Of a DNA stretch of 43,151 bases, positions 35,001-43,151 are shown piece after piece. The notes below the pieces were generated by a model. It was given only the letters and a program-made list of their open reading frames with translations, did no database searches and had not been told where the DNA came from. Origin of the DNA: Catajapyx aquilonaris (taxonomy: Eukaryota); assembly GCA_000934665.2 (NCBI GenBank), contig JYFJ02003378.1, positions 1 to 43,151 of the forward strand, given 5' to 3'. Both the position numbers and the translations under genes were made by a program. Numbering within the stretch: position 1 is the stretch's first letter; the number at the start of each line of letters is the position of its first letter.

Positions 35001-38000
35001 AAGAACAGAAGCGTAATTACACATATAAGTCCAAAGTGTTCACAAAATATTTTGCGAAAAAAATTTCAGCTCATAAGACATTCCATTCACACAGTGACAC
35101 TTCACCAAAGTTCCACGCAATATTGCAAAAGCAAAAAAGCAGCAACACCAGATTGGCAAAAAATAAGGATCAGTGCCAACACCACAGTGCAGCAAATGTG
35201 TCAAAATTTTACTGTAGATGTCGATAGGCCTTCCCCTGTAGTCAACTGATAGGCAGTAGTTCTCATCGATTGTGATGACCTTCTGATCAGTGTCGCACAC
35301 AGAGAAGTCTGATATGTTGTGCAGGCAGATGACCTCAGGTCGTGGGGATTGCGTCACACCTCCCAAAATCCTAGTCTCAAACAGGACGTCTCCTCTCTGG
35401 GTGAAGTTGAACTTGCCAGCCACTGGGCAGCGAACAGGCACAGGGTCCCTTGCTGGGATGCATGCATATGTGACAGTTCAATTAATAACTAGCATGACAC
35501 TCCAGCTGCCTTTTGGTTCACACTGGGTCACACTGTGTCACTCAAGAGATCAACACTCAAGAGGTACTGGAGAGGTGGTGCAGTGCTCGAATGGCATATG
35601 TCCAGTTCCAAACTTTTCAATATTCATTAGTGTGTTTCGACAGCAGATTTCTTGTCGTAAATATAGCAAAAGGCAGAAGATGACTGCCTCTACAAAATTA
35701 ATTTGTAGAAACTGGTGACAAAAAACTATGCAACAGCGTCTCATGGCTGGCACGTAATATTCTCACAACTTTACACTGGACAAGACTGCACCAACACTGC
35801 ATCTCTCTTGAGAACCGCATTTACACCTTCGGTACAAGCCAGTGAAATCCACTAATGGCAAACTCATTAACAAGTCCAATTTTCACAAACCACAAGTTCA
35901 CAAAGAGTGCATTTCTGCCTAAGACCAAGCATTAATTTCGCTGATAACAAGAAATTTTGGTCCATTTAATAATGTCATAGGTGAATTTCAGTGCATTCCT
36001 TAAATACTACGTACACCTTAGACATACATGCTGCATATTTCCCACTTGCTGAAACCTTACAAGAGAATTAAGCAAGATTAGTTATTCAGGGGAGTGGCTT
36101 TAGCCACTTGAAACCTTTCTCGACGTACTGTATATGTCAATTGGCCTCCCAAGCTGGTCGACCGACATGCACTTGTTGACCTGCACCTCAATAATCTTCT
36201 GTTCAAGGGCGCAGTTTTTCAGCGATGAAATGACATCAGGGCATCTGAGTTGAGGCCTAGGGCTTAAGGTTACCCCTCCAATGAGTCGAGTCTCAAGGGA
36301 CATCTCGCCCTTTTGGACAAACTGGAAAAAGCCAGCCACAGGGCAACGGATTGCTTCTGGCCTCTTGGCTGGCATGTCAGCGGAATAAATAAACTGTGGC
36401 ATTAGTAAAGGCTTAGAAAATCAGCATGCAAGGCAGTGCATGCTAATGGTCACACCTGAAACATTTCATCGTAAGACATGGTGTCACCAACAATCATCCT
36501 GCAACATTAGCATTGCAAAAATTCATTTTAACCCACACATTTCGTAAAACTAATTTCAATTCTCTGCTGCAGTGAAATATTATCTGAGATGCAGAAACAC
36601 TAGTCACAATGGATACTCATAGAGTGAATTCAAAAAAATAATCACGTTTTGCTACATCTGGATGCTGAAACCATTGATTCTCAGGCTGATCATTACCGAC
36701 AATTACGTGCAAGTCATAGCCAATCAATTTAACCATTATATGGTAACTTATGTTTTCTGATGTCAATTCCAAATGCTTTCTGGTTGTAATATTTAATATC
36801 TGATCAGCAGCTAGACGACTTGTAAAAGGTTGTAATTGGCTCTGTCATGGCATAGTGTATGACTTCACTTTGTCACCAGAGATGGTGTAGGTATTAGCAA
36901 CTTCATGACTAGTGCAACAGTATTAAGATGTAGTAATCATCCATAATACCTTGTAATAAACAGCTGTGACCAGCAGTCACAAGCAGGTGCTCCTTCTAAC
37001 TGACATTAACCACCTGCAACAACATACGTCCATAACATTGTACACCTTCACATAAAGTCGCTAACTCCTTGATGGAAAAGTTCCCGAACATTAACTCTTA
37101 GGGCTTTCTACAGTGAACCACAACATGCAGTTGCTGCCTAGTGACTCACCCAGATAGATGTCATATTTCCACGACTGCTTGTTGGGGAACTGGACCCACG
37201 AACAGACAGTGGCCCAATCATTCTTGATCATTGCCAACCCCTTCCTGAACCGGACGACGTTGTGATGGCGTGGAACAAACTCAAAGCAAACATAGTCCTT
37301 TTGACTGGAAGTGAAAAATACAACATTTGAGGAGAGTCAAAATTTTAGGATAACAATGGTCCAGACATTTAAAAGATTCATGTCGCTATGAATGATCTAC
37401 CAGTTTGATTGTTCAATTGTATTGTACAATTTCACTTATCACTCTTTGATGAATATGACTGAAATTATCCTCACCATCCATCAACCCCAAGTCTGGCCAT
37501 CAGGTAGCGAGTGTCCCTTTGCGCTTGGCACACGTAGATGGTTCGCCTGTACCTCCCCTCATCCGGATACCACGTCTCCACTATGTGGGTCTGATTGATG
37601 AACACGTCCGCATCCAAGTTGGCCGTATTGATCCAATCACCACTGAAGTTCTGCGGGAGGTTACACCCAGGGGTCACCACTTCTGCCTTCACTGAAAATA
37701 ATCAGAGAATGACATGAGTAAATTACACAAGACTAATTGTGGTACTCATTTAATACAAACCTGGTGTGATCCTCATCCTCTCTGGGCTGTTCTCAGGTGT
37801 GTTGAGTACGTTACATTCAGCTGTGATCGAAGCCCCGATGTACAGATCATCATCCCGGTTCTTGAGAAAGCAGCGATACTTCTCCTCTTTCCTCGACTCC
37901 TTGGTGTTGGCAGTCGCAAAGAAGTGGTTCTTACCCACAAACCAATCGCCAAGGCACGAATACTCAACAACGCCATCAAAGGTCTCCGTCATTCCCTCGC

Positions 38001-38769
38001 ACGCTCGATAAGTAATATTAAACTTCTGGTTGAGAATAAGAAACTGCGAGCCCGGAGTCTGGCAACTCTGTATCATCGCTTCGGGGTTGTTGCATTCACC
38101 TGTGAACCTGTAGCGGTTCTGGTACCCAAATTGCCACACTCCCTCCAGACTCGAGCGGCAATTTACAGGCACAAAATTCTCCTGGAAAATACAGAACAAG
38201 TTATAATCAGCTTCCTGCTAAATCCGACGTCACAATTACGGTAGCGGAAAACTTCAATGTGTCTTACCTGAAAGAGCGTGATGAGCTGCTGGCTTGGATT
38301 GAGTTTGCTGCACACGTTGTCCACTGTTGGCGGAACTCCTGGTCCGAGGCTGTTGCACCCGCTCTCCACCTTGTCCATGATGTTGATGGTCCTCACAACA
38401 AGCTTGACGCAGTAGTAGCATCCACCTTCCTTGAACACGAACGTGTAGTTGGTGTGAAACTCCTCCCGCATGGACACGCACCACCCTTTCCCGGTCATGG
38501 AATCCGCATTGATCTCCGTCAAAGTGTTGTCTCCATTCTCACGTGAAAACCACGTACCCCAGATGTGCTTCGGAATGTGGCAAGTCTCATCCACACAAGC
38601 CGACAAGTTGAAACAGCACGCTGCAAACACATACGGATGGTTTTAGTCATAAGTAATTAGTAATATTAAGTGTTCTATGAACGAGTCATGAGGCGTATAA
38701 TTCGGGGTAACGCCCTAACTCACCTACGATCAGGATGGAGGCGATGGTGGGCCACCTCGTCCCCTCCAT
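32049..38769 (-). CDS. Secreted Cys-rich, probably GPI-anchored protein resembling the Drosophila Undicht/CG10217 family; ~612 aa with one of two alternative exons
   Basis: Exons 38769-38724, 38620-38268, 38181-37761, 37691-37475, 37304-37150, [36368-36129 or 35452-35213], 32565-32317, 32206-32049; all phases compatible. N-terminal signal peptide (MEGTRWPTIASILIVACCFNLSA); C-terminal small-residue site plus hydrophobic tail (GDSGVSNSPAAWIAIVSIAVCLLAR*). The family name is from memory and unverified. Confidence 0.85.
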
Positions 38770-39500
38770 CTGTCCCGTTCCACAGCTCCCGAACAGCGGA
38801 CAGTGTCCAGTTAAAAGAAGCGGCCAAAATACCAGCAGGCCAACGCCCCGTTCCAGTGAAACCTGCCTACCTGTACTTATTAAAAGAAAAAGAAGAAAAC
38901 AAAATTGGGGGCGCGTTTTACGCTTCTTTTGTAGAATATGTGACGTCATTTTCCTTTCTGCCATCTAGCGGTGACCACGACAAGTACATCTACTGTATCC
39001 ATCCATTACAGTAGTTTACGACTTGTATTAAATTAAATATGTAGAGAAAATTAATCAGTGAAAGTTAACATGTTCAGCTTACATTAATTAGCACATTTTT
39101 TGGCAAAAGGGCTCATTTATTCGAACCTGTAATGGCTCGTACATTACATGTCGGCGGTACTTTCAATTGCTTTGTATGGCCGAATTTGTTATTTTATTGT
39201 TTTGTGTAATTGTTATTGTATTTTATGTATATGTTATTTTCGTAGGGTTTTTTTTTTGGGGGGGGGGGNATCAGAATTGCATTGAATCACAAACCTTTTG
39301 ATCTGAACCACATTTTTTTTGTAATGATGACCACAGCTGAGACACTGACTTCGCTTTATTATACAGGGTACTGTAAACAACAACAAACTGTAACTTAAAG
39401 TGATAAATGCAGCACAATCATTATGATCAATATTTCTAACTGTCTGTGCCCATAAGACAACACTGCTAATTATCAAAAAAGAAAAGTTCACAGATAAATC

Positions 39501-39547
<47 letters not shown>

Positions 39548-39550
39548 TAT

Positions 39551-39584
<34 letters not shown>

Positions 39585-40134
39585 TTATATAATTATATTA
39601 TATAATATAAATATATTATATATATATATTATATATCTATATTATATTATATTATATTTATTATATATATTATATATTATATATTATATATATTATATAT
39701 ATTATATATATTATATATTAATTAATATATATTAATAATTATATATTAATTAATATTATTAATATAATTAATATTATTAATATTATTAATTATTAAAATT
39801 ATTAAATTATTAAAATTATTAAAATTTATTAAAAAAATTATTAAAATTATTAAAATTATTAAAATTATTAAATTATTAAAATTAATAATTAATATTATTA
39901 ATATAATTAATAATTATATATTAATTAATATAATTATATATATTATATATATATATATATTATATATTATATATATATATATATATTTATTATATATATT
40001 ATATATATTATATTATATTATATTATATTATATTATATCTATATATATTATATATATATATTATATTATAAATATATTATATATATATTATATAAATATA
40101 TTATATATAATATAAATTATATTATTATATAATA
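39501..40134. repeat. (ATT)n/(AAT)n microsatellite followed by ~550 bp of almost purely A/T low-complexity sequence
   Basis: Direct reading; only two C bases within the tract (39637 and 40039). Confidence 0.95.
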
Positions 40135-40467
40135 TCTCCAGTCAGTGACCAGCTGCCCGTCTGAACAGTCGCAAGTTCTGGGTGTTCCTGCTTCATCATG
40201 GCCAATACACCGTCGCCTGCGTTCAGCTGCTTACTAGTTGTTTACATTGTATGATTGTACGTTTTGTGTATATGTGTTCATATCATTTATATCATATTCA
40301 TCCCTTTCATTAACCTCTGCGTGGCCTGACCATCCACCAGAGTGTCATTTTGTAGGTCATACGAGGGGGACAGGGGCAACCTGTACTCCGCTGGCTACCC
40401 CTCTATGGGATTATTTTGCCGTGAAGTAAATGATGATGATGATGATTATTATTATTATTATTATTAA
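40135..40467 (+). mobile_element. Possible 3' end of a retroposon ending in an (ATG)n(ATT)n tail
   Basis: Unique-looking sequence that ends abruptly in atgatgatgatgatgattattattatt; family not identified. Confidence 0.35.
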
Positions 40468-40840
40468 TGAACCCCTTTCAGTGGTCAATGACACCTGAAC
40501 AGGCAATAATTACTGTAATTTAATGTAATTTAAATAATTTCAGTAAAAATAGATTTTTAGATCATTCGATATCATTTACACCAGGCACAGGCTAAGAGTG
40601 ATTTACATTCTCAAATAAAGGGAAAAATATAATGTGTGCACCAGAAAAGTGATGTTCACAGTGAAAGTGTAATAATTAATCTGGAAAATCAGTCCTGCTC
40701 TAAAGATTCCAATTTGTTCTTGTATCCGATAGAAATAAGTATAAGTTACACACTACTCTGTAACCTGCAGTCCTGTCACATGATCGAGTGCCATATGTGC
40801 CCTCTGAGATTGTCTTGCTTGCTTTGCTAAACTATCTCTC

Positions 40841-42395
40841 CTAGTCTCCACGTGCAGAGATTACGTAAGGCGCACTCGTCTGGTGCACTCTGCTCTTGTG
40901 GCGCCGCACGTTAAATGGGCTTGCAAAATTTTCCCCGCACACGTCACATGAATGGAATTTCAAATTCAAGTGGACACCATTTACGTGACTTTTCAATTTA
41001 CCACTTTCAGAAAATTTCTGGGAGCAAAATTTACATTCATGTGGTTTCTTGCCAAGATGAACTGAATTGACATGGCCTTCCATGTGACTCTTGTCAGCAA
41101 ATTTCCTATTGCAATGACTGCAAGCGTATTGCTTCTCTCCAGTATGTGTATTCAAATGCCTGGTCAAGTGATGCTTTTGTCAAGCCTCATGAGAACATAA
41201 TTTGCACTGATACCAACCACCTTTGAGTGTCTTTTCCATCTCTTTCATCCTCTCTCTGCCAACCGTCTCTTCATTCCCTGATTGCTCTTTCTCATCTTGC
41301 AGTTTGTTCGCTTTCCTCTTCCCAGAATATATTTCCCCCTCCACTAGTCTTGCTTCTTCGATCATTTGCCTTCTCCTTTGTGTCATTCGCAGCTGTCTCA
41401 TGAAACTCGACACAAGCATGCAGCTCCCTTTCTGAGAAGAACGTCTTGCTGCACACCTTACACTGGTTGGGGCCCATACCACCCTCATACTTCTGCAGAA
41501 GATGCTCCTACGTGAAGTGATAATAAACAAATCAATGAAATATCCAGTTCATGCAGTCTTCAGCTGTACAAGTAATGAACAGATTGAACCAAATGCAATC
41601 ACTTTGTCCAACCAGCAAATATAACACTGATAATTGGATGAGTTTATCAATTCAGTTAACTTATATGTCATTTTGTGGAGCTACTCTGCACTTGTTATTA
41701 AATCTTCCAGATGTTTATTCTCCCCATTTTGATCCCCGGCATCCAAAATGCCTCATTTCCAGTCCTCCTTGGATATTAAAATAGAAGCACAAAATTGTCC
41801 AAATCAATAATCATTCATGTTTTGCTTGAAAATAATGTATTCATTTTATGTCATCGGATCAAATACAAAGGAATATGTTTGGAATAATTCAGATAAATTT
41901 TACTGATGTGAATAACTTTTCCAAAACAATTTATATCATGCAAAATAACGAGATATTGCAGATTCAATCACATTTCTTCTCCCTGTGACAAATATGAAAC
42001 AATGAAGCCATTTTGTCCCCCCAACTGACCCAAGGCCCGGGGTTCAATTGGCTGTAGGAAAGGCTTACATGCGACCAGGTAGGCAGACGAATGGGAAAAA
42101 TTAATGGCAATATCTTGGCATGCTAAAGACTCATGCAAGACTCTGTGCATCCAGCGGTGTCAGAATATTCATCGGCCATCCCTTCATTCTGAAATAATAA
42201 TGTGACTTTACTAGCAAAACCTGTTTAAATTACTTTGCGTACTTTTTGAAACTGACGTTCTCCTCGTATCTGTCATGTCGAATGTCATTTTCGCCACATT
42301 CTGATGCCAACGGGTCCAGCAATTGCCATTCTTCTGATTGAAATATTCTCCCTTCACAATGTCAGTACTTGACGGCTCACGTGCTGCTTCACCTG
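40841..42395 (-). pseudogene. Disabled C2H2 zinc-finger gene
   Basis: Terminal exon from an acceptor near 41508 encodes a degenerate finger (CKVC..LHACVEFH), a frameshift near the G-run at ~41336, an in-frame TGA at 41180-41182 inside the finger CKLCSHEA*QKHHLTRH, then three intact fingers with TGEK-type linkers. An upstream exon-like remnant at ~42243-42392 is also frameshifted. Confidence 0.75.
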
Positions 42396-42960
42396 GAAAC
42401 TAATGGCAGTTCATCATTAGATGCAATTATTATTGTAGGGACGGTAGTCCCTATAGTAAGACCAAACAACCTAAAACAACAACATAAATTTTTCCGGGTT
42501 TTTCTTCTCCGCCAGGATTTTGCCAAAGCATATAACTCAAAAACCCTTACAGATAAAGGTGTCACAGTTTGAACACGACTCCTGCTCGGCGTGACGAACG
42601 ATCCTTTTCCTGTCAGGTTATAGCAAATTCCGTCGTACAAAGCCAGAAAAAAATTAATACTAATTTTATCGGTACTCTCTATAAATTTTCAATTTCTTAG
42701 CAACGATTAAATTCAAAAATTGTCATTACAGTCATTACACCGCCATTATCAAAGAAGCAGATCAATGGCTACATCTAAATGACTCGTTAGTAGAGCCAGA
42801 GGCTGACCCCCGAAAAATACTTAAAAATACTTGAACAAATACTTAGACATGCATATTTAATATTTTTGTTCCCTACCTAATTAACTCTGTCATTATATCC
42901 ATGGCATTACAATGCATAATAATAATCTGTCAATTTTCCTTCAGATATACGTTATGACAG

Positions 42961-43151
42961 ACCGAAGCAGTGGTGGCAGATGGGATATGGTATCCGACTG
43001 CTAATCGGGAGGTCCTGGGTTCGATCCCCGGGGCCGGAAATCCTAACCGTGGTTTTCTGTGGCTTCCCACGGTCCCTCCAGGTAAATGCCGGGGTTGTTT
43101 CCTAAAATAATAGGCCACAGCCGCTTCCTTCCGTCCCTATCCTATCCCCAA
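42961..43151 (+). mobile_element. tRNA-derived SINE, truncated by the window edge
   Basis: A box tggcagatgg (42974-42983), B box ggttcgatccc (43018-43028), then an insect-SINE-like body: ccgtggttttc..ccaggtaaatgccggg..aggccacagccgcttccttcc. Confidence 0.75.

Noticed and set aside
41180..41182. In-frame TGA read as selenocysteine or readthrough
   Set aside because: Not at a Cys position, accompanied by a frameshift and a degenerate finger, and no SECIS recognised.

Overview
Eukaryotic, gene-dense window from an arthropod, probably an insect (inferred from 50-80 nt GT-AG introns, a mariner remnant and tRNA-derived SINEs). Gene models were spliced by hand. Left to right: (1) the 5' exons of an unidentified minus-strand gene; (2) an RSPH14-like radial-spoke ARM gene (+) whose probable GC-AG second intron contains a complete antisense 4-exon Myb/SANT-like gene; (3) CNOT4 (-), with a double-3'-end mariner derivative and a fold-back MITE in one intron; (4) a KIAA2026/BRD10-like bromodomain/DDT gene (-); (5) an intronless BTB-BACK-Kelch CDS (+) bracketed by two diverged ~460 bp direct repeats; (6) a secreted, probably GPI-anchored Cys-rich protein (Undicht/CG10217-like, -) with two homologous 240 nt candidate mutually exclusive exons and a possible alternative terminal exon lacking the GPI signal; (7) an AT-only mirror-like tract; (8) a C2H2 zinc-finger pseudogene; (9) a SINE. 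No CRISPR array or prokaryotic system is present. Family assignments are from recalled motifs, not from searches.
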